Assembly (NCBI GenBank): GCA_964588985.1
Contig: CAZPQW010000004.1
Coordinates: 96,001-160,000 of the forward strand
Source: an uncultured Solirubrobacteraceae bacterium
GTDB taxonomy: Bacteria > Actinomycetota > Thermoleophilia > Solirubrobacterales > Solirubrobacteraceae
Direction: 5' to 3'
DNA: 64,000 bases
Positions 37,847-47,544 of the stretch are shown in pieces. The number at the start of each line of letters is the position of its first letter. Position 1 is the stretch's first letter. Under the pieces are notes generated by a model. That model ran no database searches. It was not told the origin of the DNA and saw nothing but the letters and a program-made list of their open reading frames with translations. A program made the translations under genes and the position numbers.

Positions 37847-38652
37847 CAGGCGACCTTGTCGATCACCCAGAAGTCAGAGCTGAGGCCGAGACTCGGTTCT
37901 GAGAGCCATCGAGCGTCCATCCAGAAGTGCCCTTTATCGCCCCATCCCGCGCCCCACGAGTTGCGGACCTCGAACACGTTGACCGGGAACCTCTTTAGCG
38001 AGAAGTCCCAGCCGATCACCACCACGCAGTGGCCGCCGATGGGTTTGTCGCCGGCCGCCGGCAGCGGCAGATATTCCTTGTCCGGCTGCCAGGTCTGGCT
38101 CTCGAACACCGACGGGACGGAGAATCCGAAGACCACCGGATACCCCTCCTGGATCGGGGTTCGAATCGGCGAGCCAGCTTGCCCAGGGAGCACGCGGAAG
38201 TATTCCATTGCCAAGTATTTTTTCGCGTCTTCGTAGGCTTTGGCGGGAGGTTTCTCGGCGAACTTGGCGATGTCGTATGGCCAGTCGGGTTCCTCCGGCG
38301 GTGCGCCATCGCTCGCCACGGCCTTGATGCCGTCGCGGATCTGGGCGCCGGAATCCTGACCGACGGTCCCCTCGATGACGCGCTCGTTGTAGTAGATGAA
38401 CAGGCGCGAAGGTGTGGCGGCCGGCAGGCCGCCTCTGATCTGGGCGTGCTCGAGGATCGCCCCCACACCGTTGCCCGTGCAGGATCCAAGCTGTCCCTGG
38501 TCATAGACGGGCGGCATCTCCGCGCGCAGGGAGAACACCGGCGGCAGTTCGACGGCGCGCTGCACGACCCGCTCGAGGTTGTAGATGCGGTCGCGGTGGT
38601 CCGGGAAATCCGGCTGCCAGCCGTAGCGTTCGATCTTGCGCGCGGTGGACAT
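37846..38652 (-). CDS. Papain-like C1 family cysteine peptidase
   Basis: DQGQLGSCT, SRLFIYYNER, GGHCV, RNSWGAGWG; AGGAGGT RBS. Confidence 0.93.
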   Translation of the reverse strand: MSTARKIERYGWQPDFPDHRDRIYNLERVVQRAVELPPVFSLRAEMPPVYDQGQLGSCTGNGVGAILEHAQIRGGLPAATPSRLFIYYNERVIEGTVGQDSGAQIRDGIKAVASDGAPPEEPDWPYDIAKFAEKPPAKAYEDAKKYLAMEYFRVLPGQAGSPIRTPIQEGYPVVFGFSVPSVFESQTWQPDKEYLPLPAAGDKPIGGHCVVVIGWDFSLKRFPVNVFEVRNSWGAGWGDKGHFWMDARWLSEPSLGLSSDFWVIDKVA

Positions 38653-38998
38653 CGACTACCTCCTGTTGGCCGAGAATGCGTCTGAGGGTGCCTCCGGCCC
38701 GCAGCCCAGTCGAACCCAGTGCAGGTATCGGCCGTTTCGCCCAAGCCGGCGATTTCTGTGAGCGTGAATATCAGACGATTCGACAGGCGTCAATGCCAGA
38801 TGTGAACTCATGTAATTACTCGGATTGAATCTCTCGCAACGAGCGACAATTTCACGCGCGTGCGGTCACCGAATTCTCGAGATGATCACCGGCAAAGCAA
38901 GATTGGTGAAAAATGTTTCTCTCTTAATCCAGGCGTATGCCGGCGCTCGGATCTTCACCATGAAACCTGCCCGGCTGGCAGCTAGGTGATAATGGATG

Positions 38999-40819
38999 CT
39001 AGAGGTGGCCGGCGATCGGCTCGGTGGCCGCCCAGCCTTCCAGGAACTTCGCGGTGTCGGCGGCGTCGAGCGGACGCGCGAACAGGAAGCCCTGACCGCT
39101 GTCGCAGCTCTCGCCCTGCAGCAATGTGAGCTCGTGGGCCTGCTCGATGCCCTCGGCGAGGGTCTCGATCGAGAGCGCCTTGCCGAGCTGCACGAGCGTG
39201 CGCAGGATCGTCTCGCCCTCCTCGTTGTGGGACATCTGTGCGATGAACGAGCGGTCGATCTTGAGCGCGTCGACGGGGAAGTGCTGGAGGTGGGCCATCG
39301 AGGAGTAGCCGGTGCCGAAGTCGTCGATCGCGATGCGCACGCCCAGCTCCTTGACCGCCGCGAGGCGTGCGGCGGTGGCCACGGTGTCGTGCATGATCGC
39401 CGTCTCGGTGACCTCGATCGTGAGCGCGCCCGGTTCGAGGCCGGTCTCCTCGAGGATGCGCCGCACGTCGAGGACGAACTCGTCGCTGTCGAGCTGCTTG
39501 GCGGAGACGTTGACGGCGATGCCGATCGGATGGCCGGCTTCGCGCCAGCGCACGCCCTGGCTGCAGGCTTCGCGCAGCACCCACCTGCCGACCGCGACGA
39601 TCAGACCGGTCTCCTCGAGCAGTCCGATGAAGTTGTCCGGCTGGACGACGTCGCGGGTGGGGCTGTCCCAGCGGATCAGCGCCTCGACGCCCGTGGGGCG
39701 CATGTCCTGCAGACTGAACGTGGGCTGGTAGACGAGGAAGAACTCGTCGTTCTCGAGCGCCATGCGCAGATCCATCTCCAGCTCCATGCGCGTCTGCACG
39801 GCCGTCTGCATGCCGGATTCGAAGGAGACGTAGCCGTGGTGTCCGTCCCACTTGGCCTGATACATGGCGATGTCCGCGTCGCGCAGCAGATCGCCAGCGC
39901 AGGTACGGTCTCCCGAGGCGATGCCGATGCTCGCGGTGACCTTCAGCTGACTCTCGCCGGCGGCCTCGAGCTTGAACGGCTGCGCGAGCGCTTCGAGCAG
40001 ACGCTCGGCGATCAGCTGCGGTCCCGAGCCGAGCGAGAGCTCGCCGGCGATCACCACGAACTCGTCGCCGCCGAGACGCCCGACCGCGTCGGACTCGCGC
40101 ACGACGGCGGTGAGTCGCTGCGCGACCGCGCGCAGGAGCTCGTCTCCGGCCGCATGGCCGAAGGAGTCGTTGACCGCCTTGAAGTTGTCGAGGTCGACGA
40201 ACAGCGCCGCGAGCGGAGTGTGGTTACGGCGTGCGTGCAACATCAGCTGCTCGACTCGGTCGAGGATCAGGGTGCGGTTGGGCAGGCCGGTGAGTGCGTC
40301 GTGCGTGGCCAGGAACGCGAGCTCGTGCTGGCGGCGGGCGAGCTCCTCCTCCGTGCGCCTGCGCTCGGACTCGAAGGACTCGCACATGCGCACGAGCGTC
40401 ACGTTGAGGCTGCGCTGGAGCATCGCGAGAGCCTCCGCCAGTACATGATCCTCAAGTTGCAGCGTTCTCGCGCACTCGCGGACCACATCCGCCGCCGAGT
40501 CGCACCAGCGCAGGCAGCGCTTGGTGACCTCGTTGAGGGGAGCGGCGCGCTGGGAGGCGAGCTGGGCGAAGATCTGCCATGACTCCTGCCCGACCTCGCG
40601 GGCGGCGTCCGCGCCCTCGCCGGCCATCCAGCGGGCGACCGCGACGGTGGACACGGTTCCCACGCGAGCAAAGCGCTCCTCGACGGCGTCGTCGAGCTGA
40701 CATCCCGACTGGCGGGTTCGCGTCAGCATCCCGCTGACCACGTCTTCCGTGCGAGCGTTCAGCGCGTGTCCGAGGCGATGGATGTCCTCTGTCAGCGCGT
40801 ATGGCGATGTCTCTGGCAT
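38999..40819 (-). CDS. GGDEF-EAL diguanylate cyclase/phosphodiesterase
   Basis: HDALTGLPNR, RESD I-site, GGDEF, EAL, DDFGTGYSS; soluble helical N-terminus. Confidence 0.95.
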   Translation of the reverse strand: MPETSPYALTEDIHRLGHALNARTEDVVSGMLTRTRQSGCQLDDAVEERFARVGTVSTVAVARWMAGEGADAAREVGQESWQIFAQLASQRAAPLNEVTKRCLRWCDSAADVVRECARTLQLEDHVLAEALAMLQRSLNVTLVRMCESFESERRRTEEELARRQHELAFLATHDALTGLPNRTLILDRVEQLMLHARRNHTPLAALFVDLDNFKAVNDSFGHAAGDELLRAVAQRLTAVVRESDAVGRLGGDEFVVIAGELSLGSGPQLIAERLLEALAQPFKLEAAGESQLKVTASIGIASGDRTCAGDLLRDADIAMYQAKWDGHHGYVSFESGMQTAVQTRMELEMDLRMALENDEFFLVYQPTFSLQDMRPTGVEALIRWDSPTRDVVQPDNFIGLLEETGLIVAVGRWVLREACSQGVRWREAGHPIGIAVNVSAKQLDSDEFVLDVRRILEETGLEPGALTIEVTETAIMHDTVATAARLAAVKELGVRIAIDDFGTGYSSMAHLQHFPVDALKIDRSFIAQMSHNEEGETILRTLVQLGKALSIETLAEGIEQAHELTLLQGESCDSGQGFLFARPLDAADTAKFLEGWAATEPIAGHL

Positions 40820-40830
40820 CAATCCAGCGG

Positions 40831-40855
40831 ATCGGCAGCCGGCGCTGATCCCTAA
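40831..40855 (-). promoter_or_regulatory. Candidate sigma-28 (FliA/WhiG) promoter TTAG-N15-GCCGAT
   Basis: Directly upstream of the GGDEF-EAL start; -35 is an imperfect match to TAAA. Confidence 0.45.
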
Positions 40856-40897
40856 ATATGTTGACTATTCGTTAGCTAGCGTTTCTTAATCTCATCT

Positions 40898-41668
40898 CTA
40901 GGGTGGGCAGGGGGTCGATGTGCGCGCGGTCCTGTGAGTTCCGTCGGAGAACGCGAACGTGGCGGCAAATGGGAATCCTCCCGCGGGGCAGCTCTTCGGC
41001 AGCCGAATCCCGCGAGGGTGGAACGCGATCGTCCTGCCGTTGACGCGTTCGTAGTAGGTCAGATGTTCGGGGCCGATCGTCGCGTGGAGATGGACGAGTG
41101 CGACGTCCGCGCCTTCGGGAAGGCTCGGCACGAGCGGTAGGTGGATGTCGACCTTGCCTCCAAAAGGGCTGCTGGCGCTCAGCAGGAACGCCGGCAATGC
41201 GAGCTGCGCCTGGACCGGACTGCTCCCGTCGGCGTAGAAGATCAGCGCGAAACGTCCGTGAGACACGGGCGCGCGCACGACGGTGAGCTTGGTCGTCTCG
41301 CGCACGATCGTGGGACCGACGGGGATCTCGACGGCCGCGGCCCCGCTGCCCATGATCGAGTTGGGCGGGCAGGCGCTCAGTCCACGCGCTTCGAGCGACT
41401 TCTGGACGCACGTGTCCAGGCCCAGGCCACTCAGCCCGATGCCGATGTTGTTCGGGTAGCGCAGGGCGATCCCGAGCACCGGCGACGGGGCGCGGCCGTG
41501 CGGGGCGCGGATGCGCAGGTCGAACCCGAGCGCGGTGTCGTGACCGAGTATCTCCGGGCTCAGTGTGGCCCTCAGCTGTACCGACTGTCTCGCTTGTGCC
41601 GCGGTGGGAAGGCAGGTGCAGAGGAGCATCGCGCCAAGCGCCGCGATAGCGCGAATCGTTGCCGGCAC
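40898..41668 (-). CDS. Secreted Cys-containing hypothetical protein
   Basis: Signal peptide (TAAQA), C..CPPNS.MGSG and PKSCPAGGFPF...PCP motifs. Confidence 0.75.
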   Translation of the reverse strand: MPATIRAIAALGAMLLCTCLPTAAQARQSVQLRATLSPEILGHDTALGFDLRIRAPHGRAPSPVLGIALRYPNNIGIGLSGLGLDTCVQKSLEARGLSACPPNSIMGSGAAAVEIPVGPTIVRETTKLTVVRAPVSHGRFALIFYADGSSPVQAQLALPAFLLSASSPFGGKVDIHLPLVPSLPEGADVALVHLHATIGPEHLTYYERVNGRTIAFHPRGIRLPKSCPAGGFPFAATFAFSDGTHRTARTSTPCPP

Positions 41669-41688
41669 AGCGCTCTCCGTGGACCTGT

Positions 41689-42210
41689 TCAGTAGGAGAT
41701 GCTGCCGGTGGTTTGCACGGTCATGGAGTAGGTGTAGCGGTCGAGCACCCCATAGAAGCCAGCGCGTCCGTGTGCATGCCGGTAGCTGCCGGTGCCGCCG
41801 GTTGCGGTGAGCGAGCCGCCGAAGCTTTCGTAGCGACCGGATCCGTGTGGAGTGGCCGACGCGTGTCCGACGATCGTCCCGTGAGGCGTGAAGATCGTGA
41901 ACGTCGCCGTTAGCGTGGGGCCGATGTTGGCGTATACGTGCATGCCGCCAGGGATGGTTCCAGTGGCCGTGCCTTCCTCGAACAACCGCGAGCCGGAGCT
42001 CTTGCTCTGGATGCAGTGGAGCTTGGCGGAATCCCTCGCTCTCAGCGTGCGGGCCGTGGTCGCCCGGATTTGGGCGCTCGCGAGCGGATCCGGTAGGGCG
42101 GCGAGGGTGAACGCGCTCAGAGTCAGCAGACAGGCCACCGTGCGAGTCAGGGCACGGCACGTCGCTGATTTGATGTCGATCGAGAGCTGTACCCTCATGT
42201 TCATATCCAC
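41689..42210 (-). CDS. Secreted small beta-rich protein
   Basis: Hydrophobic N-terminus; EEGTATGTIPG, GGTGSYRHAHG. Confidence 0.72.
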   Translation of the reverse strand: MDMNMRVQLSIDIKSATCRALTRTVACLLTLSAFTLAALPDPLASAQIRATTARTLRARDSAKLHCIQSKSSGSRLFEEGTATGTIPGGMHVYANIGPTLTATFTIFTPHGTIVGHASATPHGSGRYESFGGSLTATGGTGSYRHAHGRAGFYGVLDRYTYSMTVQTTGSISY

Positions 42211-42258
42211 GAACGAGATGGTCGAACGATATCGCTTGTCTGGTTGCCTGTCGCGCCC

Positions 42259-42957
42259 TCATCGTCCACCGAACCGTCGTCGGCGGGCGTTGAACTCAGC
42301 CAGCGCCTCTTCGAGATGCCCGCGGGTGAAATCTGGCCACAGCTCGTCGCTGAAGACGAGCTCCGAATACGCCGCCTGCCAGAGCAGGAAGTTCGACAGC
42401 CGCCGCTCTCCGCCCGTGCGGATGATCAGATCGGGGTCGTGCATATCGGGGGCGTAGAGGTGCCTGTGGAACTCGTCCTCGCAGTCGGTGCGCACGCCTC
42501 TGGCGGCATCGACGATCTCCGCGCGCCCGCCGTAGTTGACCGCGACGAACAGCGTGATCAAACGGTTCTTCGCCGTCAGGGCTTCGGCCCGCTCCATCAC
42601 CTCCACGAGTTCGCTGGCCACGCCCTGGCGACGCCCGATGAAACGCATGCGTACGCTGTGTCGGTGCAGTTCGGGCGCCTCGCGCGCGATTCGCTTGGCG
42701 AGCACGGAGATCAGGTCCCGCACCTCCTCGACCGGCCTCGACCAGTTCTCGGTCGAGAACGAGTAGATCGTCAGCTGCTCGATCCCCAGCTCGACCGCGT
42801 CGCGCAGTCGTGCCTTGAGCGTATCCGCGCCCGCGTCGTGACCGTCCTTGATCGACAGGCGCCGCGCCCGTGCCCAGCGGCCGTTGCCGTCGGTGATGAT
42901 CGCGACGTATCTCGCCGTACCGAACGGTGCATGCTCGGCGGTGGCGGTGGGGCTCAT
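42259..42957 (-). CDS. uppS: cis-prenyltransferase (UppS family)
   Basis: ITDGNGRWA, FSTENWSRP, NYGGRAEI, PDLIIRTGGERRLSNFLLWQAAYSEL. Confidence 0.95.
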   Translation of the reverse strand: MSPTATAEHAPFGTARYVAIITDGNGRWARARRLSIKDGHDAGADTLKARLRDAVELGIEQLTIYSFSTENWSRPVEEVRDLISVLAKRIAREAPELHRHSVRMRFIGRRQGVASELVEVMERAEALTAKNRLITLFVAVNYGGRAEIVDAARGVRTDCEDEFHRHLYAPDMHDPDLIIRTGGERRLSNFLLWQAAYSELVFSDELWPDFTRGHLEEALAEFNARRRRFGGR

Positions 42958-44180
42958 GCCGCGCCACCCACCGACTCCGGGATCTGAGATCCGTGGCGCG
43001 TGCGAACACGCTTCATCGCGCGCCACGTGTGCATCACCGCGAGCGTTGGTCCGATCAACGGCCGCAGACGGCGCGTGACGTGCTCGGTGACCGGTAGCGC
43101 GAACTCGTTCTTGGCGGTCGGGGCGGAGGTGTAGTAGGCGACCACGCCCACGAGGGTCATGACGTGATGGGCTCCGTGGGGAGCGCGCCGAGCATGGCCG
43201 ACGGCGTCGTCGATGACACTCACGAGTCGTCCTGCGAGCACGTCGCGATCGTCGTAGTACTGCACGTACCCGGGCTGCCCCGCGTTGAGATCGCGCTCGT
43301 AGTCGATCAAGCTGTCGAGGATCGTTGGGAGCACGGAGATCGACAGGTAGATCCTGTCGATCTCGAGCGCCTGCTCGTAGGTGGTGCGCGCATCTGCGGC
43401 GGCCGCGATGAGCGCGTGCACGGCGAGCACCGAGCACGCGGCGCCGGCGAGGAACTCGCGCCACTGCAGCGGTGTTCCAACCGCGTTGAGCTTTGCCCAG
43501 CGTTCCAGCTGGCCGGGGCCCGACAGCGTGGCGGCATGAATGCGCAACTGCGCTTCCGCACCACGCTCCGCGCTTCGCTGCAGGATGTCGGTGAACCTGG
43601 TGGTCGAGGGTAGCCTCGCGAGGGCTGCTCGTACGGTGGCGACCAGCTCGTCGAGATAACCGCCGTCCTCGGAGTGGGGGTGGTAGCGGTAGTAGTCGCC
43701 GATCGGCGCGAGCATCGGCGTGACCGCGTCGGTGAAGGCGGCGAACAGGCGATAGCCGTCGTCGGGCGATTCGTGCGACGGCGACTCGGTCAGGCCATCC
43801 AGGTAGTCGTAGAGGACCTCCAGCGCGACGATCGCGGTGACGGTGTCGCCGCGGTGGGATCGCGGCACGAGCGTCGCGAGCATCGCCGCGACCTCCGCGT
43901 TGAAGCCCTCCTCGGCCAGCTTCTGCGAAGCGAGCGCGCGCAGGGTCGGATCGCGGATCTCCTCGGCGCGGCTGCGCCAGCGGCTCAACTGCTGGGCGAC
44001 CGGCCGCGCAACGCTCGACCAGTAGCGCACGTTCGCGACCAGCAGCGCGCGGCCGGCTTGGGCGGCAAGGCGGCCGTCCATTACGGCGGTCGTCCCTTCG
44101 ATATGGCGAACGCTGCTGAGCTGCTGAGGCGTGTGGGGGCGCCGCGGCGGTGGTGCTACGAGGGTCGGCGGCCTACTCAT
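42954..44180 (-). CDS. DUF2600 / YtpB-like large-terpene (tetraprenyl-beta-curcumene synthase-like) synthase
   Basis: WRSRAEEIRDP.LR..A, YDYLDGL, DGGYL..LV, W.EF.A..A.S.L.VHAL, LDSLIDYERD. Confidence 0.85.
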   Translation of the reverse strand: MSRPPTLVAPPPRRPHTPQQLSSVRHIEGTTAVMDGRLAAQAGRALLVANVRYWSSVARPVAQQLSRWRSRAEEIRDPTLRALASQKLAEEGFNAEVAAMLATLVPRSHRGDTVTAIVALEVLYDYLDGLTESPSHESPDDGYRLFAAFTDAVTPMLAPIGDYYRYHPHSEDGGYLDELVATVRAALARLPSTTRFTDILQRSAERGAEAQLRIHAATLSGPGQLERWAKLNAVGTPLQWREFLAGAACSVLAVHALIAAAADARTTYEQALEIDRIYLSISVLPTILDSLIDYERDLNAGQPGYVQYYDDRDVLAGRLVSVIDDAVGHARRAPHGAHHVMTLVGVVAYYTSAPTAKNEFALPVTEHVTRRLRPLIGPTLAVMHTWRAMKRVRTRHGSQIPESVGGAA

Positions 44181-46755
44181 CGAGGGCTAGCGTGGGGGAG
44201 GTGCGCGAAGCCCACCAGCCTGGAATGGCGACGAAGGCCATGACGACCACGATCACCAGCGCGATGATCTCGAGGGGACGCAGGCTCCCGGCGAGGTTCG
44301 CCACGGGGAAGCCCGTCACATGCTTGAGGTAGCTGTCGATGATGATCTGACCGTAGATACCCGCCACAGCGCCCGTGACGCACCCTGCGCTCAGCATCAG
44401 CGTGGCTTCCGTGAGCAGGATGCGCCGCAGACGAGAGGGGCGCACTCCCGCGAGGCGCAGCCCGGCGAGCGATGCCCGTCGCTGCCAGATGCTGGATCCC
44501 AGGGCCGAGGCCATCGCCAGCATCGCGGCCGCGATCAGCAGCGTGGATATCTCGCCGAGGCGGCTGAGCCCTTCGCTTGTGAGATGGTCGATCCGCTGCT
44601 CGCGGGTGTGCGAGGAGGACACTTCCAGCCCGCTCGTCGGGCCGAGCAGGTGAGCGATCTCGGCGCGGATCCGCTCGAGGTCAGCGCCTGGAGTCAGCTT
44701 CACGCCGAGCGCGGTCGGAGCTGTGCTGGACCAGTAGCGACGGTAGTCCGAGCTGCCGATGAAGATCGCGCCGGGACTCCAGGCTAGGTTGGTCGTGGTC
44801 GCTGCCAGTCGGAAGGGGATGTCTCCCATTGGCGTTGGAAGGGAGAGCGATTCCCCGATACCGACGTGGTGTTCGTCTGCGATTTGCTTTGACAGCACGA
44901 TCCAGCCAGTTTCTCCCAGACGCTTGACGGAGTCGGCTGCGCTGCCTTCGACGACTTGACTCGTGAGGACGTGTCTGTTCGACCCGGCCGGTCGCGCGAT
45001 CATCCACACACGCCTGTTGCCCAGTGCCAGGAATCCCCCCTGATATTCGTTGACACTCATGACACCGGGTATCCGCGCAACGCGCGTCGAATAGTGATCG
45101 GACATGAACGTGATGGTTGCCTGGTTGTCACCTGGGTTGCTGATCCACAGATCTGCATCGACGGAATAACTGTGTGCGAAGCCGGCGATTCCACGGAGCA
45201 GATCGTCTCGCGAGCCCCCCAGTGCGATGCTGCCGAAGATAGCGACGGCACCGGTCGCTGCAAGCGCAAGCGAGCGCAGCGTGGCGGCTCTCAACGACGC
45301 GAGCGAGATCTGGAGAACGGTGAGCCGCTGAACGCGCTCGGTCAGAGCCGTGCCGGCACGCAGCACTCCCGCGAAGACCAGCGGAACCACGAGCACCGTC
45401 GCCATCGCCAGCACCCCGCTGGCGACGAAGCCGAGCGACGGGCTCAGCGCGAACAGCACGGTCGAGAGCGCCACCAGGGCGATCGAGCCGAGCCCCAGCC
45501 ACAGCTGGGTCCTGCCGCCCGTCGCGTTACCCGGCGCGCCGTCCTCGAAGTACACAGCGTCCAACGCTCGCCCCTGGCGCAGGTCGAGCAACGGCACCGC
45601 CGAGGCGAGGAACGTGGCGAGGGTGCCGCCGAGCAGCGAGAGCAACAGCGGCTCGAGGCGAACCACGGTGCTCGTACCCAGCGTGAAGGCCTCCGCGAGG
45701 TAGCTGGAGGATTGATGGAAGACGCCCAGCGAGAGCAGGTAGCCGGCGAGCAGGCCGATCGAGGAGGCGGCGAGGCCGAGGCACAGCGCCTGGAAGGCCA
45801 CGATCTGCATGATCGCCGCGCGCTTGGTGCCGATCAGCCGCAGATCGGCTATCGCCTGGCGTCGCTCGGGTACGGTCAGGAGCATCGCGTTGAAAGCGAA
45901 CAGGAAGCCGAGCAGCACGCTGATGGCGGCGAAGAAGCCGCTCACCTGATCGCTCGGGCCGAGCGCCTGGTGCAGTTGCGCCACTTCCGCATCGGCAGCG
46001 CCCACGGTCAGACGCCCCTGGCCGAGTTTTTTCAGCTCATCGTTCACCAGCGCCTTCTTCCCCGGTTCGGTCTTGACGAGGATGCGCGTGAGCCGTTCCG
46101 GCAGGCCGGCGAGTTGCTGGAGTCGGTTGAGCGGCAGTACCGCCACACGCGCCTGCGCGAGTGCTCCGGCGGCTTCGTGTCCGAGCACCGCGGCGACTTT
46201 CATGTGGTGCGCTTCGCCACGCAACTGCAGCAGGATGTTGCTGTCCAGGTTGGATGGTCCGATACCCAGTTCCCCGGCGCTCGTCTTGCTCAGCCCGACC
46301 GCTCCGGGCGTGAACGCCGCGAGCGGGATCGTGTGGGCCAGGCCGTTGAGCATCGCGAGGCTGACTTCGGTGCCGGCCAGCTCCACGGTCGCGTGGCGGT
46401 CGTGAGGCCCGACGATCGTCGCGGTGAGTTCGAGCAGAGGGGCGGCCTGCTCGACGCCGCGAAGGTGCTCCACGCGCTTCAGCAGTTGACCGTCGAGACC
46501 ATCGGGGTCGCGTGCGCGCAGCTCGAGGTTCGCGGGTCCGACGACCGCGTGTACGACTTCTCCGGCCGAGCCGGCGATGCTGCCGTTGGCGATCAGCACG
46601 GCGAACACGAGCGCGACCGCGATCGCCACCCCGAGGCCGGCGAGCAGCTCCTGCACGCGGTGGACGCGCAGGCGACTGCGGTAGAGATACACGAGCGCGT
46701 ATGGCCGAACCAGGGTTCTCGCCTGGAGCGGTTCGGGGCGCCTGGATGGGCTCAC
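44173..46755 (-). CDS. FtsX/MacB-like ABC permease (duplicated domains)
   Basis: Two TM + extracellular + FtsX repeats; ERRQAIADLRLIG, QRRASLAGLRLAG. Confidence 0.9.
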   Translation of the reverse strand: MSPSRRPEPLQARTLVRPYALVYLYRSRLRVHRVQELLAGLGVAIAVALVFAVLIANGSIAGSAGEVVHAVVGPANLELRARDPDGLDGQLLKRVEHLRGVEQAAPLLELTATIVGPHDRHATVELAGTEVSLAMLNGLAHTIPLAAFTPGAVGLSKTSAGELGIGPSNLDSNILLQLRGEAHHMKVAAVLGHEAAGALAQARVAVLPLNRLQQLAGLPERLTRILVKTEPGKKALVNDELKKLGQGRLTVGAADAEVAQLHQALGPSDQVSGFFAAISVLLGFLFAFNAMLLTVPERRQAIADLRLIGTKRAAIMQIVAFQALCLGLAASSIGLLAGYLLSLGVFHQSSSYLAEAFTLGTSTVVRLEPLLLSLLGGTLATFLASAVPLLDLRQGRALDAVYFEDGAPGNATGGRTQLWLGLGSIALVALSTVLFALSPSLGFVASGVLAMATVLVVPLVFAGVLRAGTALTERVQRLTVLQISLASLRAATLRSLALAATGAVAIFGSIALGGSRDDLLRGIAGFAHSYSVDADLWISNPGDNQATITFMSDHYSTRVARIPGVMSVNEYQGGFLALGNRRVWMIARPAGSNRHVLTSQVVEGSAADSVKRLGETGWIVLSKQIADEHHVGIGESLSLPTPMGDIPFRLAATTTNLAWSPGAIFIGSSDYRRYWSSTAPTALGVKLTPGADLERIRAEIAHLLGPTSGLEVSSSHTREQRIDHLTSEGLSRLGEISTLLIAAAMLAMASALGSSIWQRRASLAGLRLAGVRPSRLRRILLTEATLMLSAGCVTGAVAGIYGQIIIDSYLKHVTGFPVANLAGSLRPLEIIALVIVVVMAFVAIPGWWASRTSPTLALDE

Positions 46756-47483
46756 GCTGGCGCAGCCGGAGCGCGAGGATCGAGCGTGAGTCGAACTCGC
46801 TCCTCGCTGAGGCTATGGCCCTCCGTGAACCTGCCGTCGCGTAGCGAACAGTGCCTGTCAGCGAGCAGCGCGGCCTCCGTGTCGTGGGTGACCAGGAGCA
46901 CCGCGGCGCCTCGCTCGTGCGCGATCGAGCGCAGCAGCCCGACGATCTCCTTGCTCCGAGCGCTGTCGAGGTTTCCGGTCGGCTCGTCGGCGAGGATCAG
47001 CTTGGGTTCGCCGGCGAGCGCGCGGGCAATCGCGATGCGCTGACGCTCGCCGCCGGAGAGCTCGTGAGGCTTGTGGTGGAGACGATCGCCGAGCCCGACC
47101 CGCTCCAGCCACGGGCGCGCGAGCGCCTGCGCGTCACGGGCGCCCACACCGCCGAGCAGGAGCTTGATCGAGGTGTTCTCGATCGCCGACACGCGCGGCA
47201 TCAGATGGAAGTTCTGGTAGATGAAGCCGACGTCCTTGAGGAGGTAGTCGCTCGCCTCTCTCTCGTTCAACGAGGACAGGTCGCGGCCACCGAAGCGAAT
47301 CGTGCCGTGGTCCGGTTGCAGCAGTGCGGCGATCAGCAGCAGGATGGTGGTCTTGCCGGAGCCCGACGGTCCCAGCAGGGCGACGATCTCGCCCGCGTCG
47401 ACGGTGAGGCTCACGCCGTTGACCGCGTTCACCTCCTCGCCCGCCCCGCGGTAGCGCTTGACCACTTCTTCCAGCTCGAGCAT
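46752..47483 (-). CDS. ABC transporter ATP-binding protein (LolD-like)
   Basis: GPSGSGKT, YQ, LSGGERQR, ILADEPTGNLD, VTHD. Confidence 0.95.
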   Translation of the reverse strand: MLELEEVVKRYRGAGEEVNAVNGVSLTVDAGEIVALLGPSGSGKTTILLLIAALLQPDHGTIRFGGRDLSSLNEREASDYLLKDVGFIYQNFHLMPRVSAIENTSIKLLLGGVGARDAQALARPWLERVGLGDRLHHKPHELSGGERQRIAIARALAGEPKLILADEPTGNLDSARSKEIVGLLRSIAHERGAAVLLVTHDTEAALLADRHCSLRDGRFTEGHSLSEERVRLTLDPRAPAAPA

Positions 47484-47544
47484 GCTCGAAGCTACCCCGC
47501 TGCGACTGCTTGGTATCTACACCCGCGCAGGCGCGACGCGCGCA

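Noticed and set aside
38680-38750. c-di-GMP-I riboswitch upstream of the C1 peptidase
   Set aside because: GGCGAAA...GAGGCAC only loosely resembles GGCAAA...GACGCAAAG and the second stem is missing
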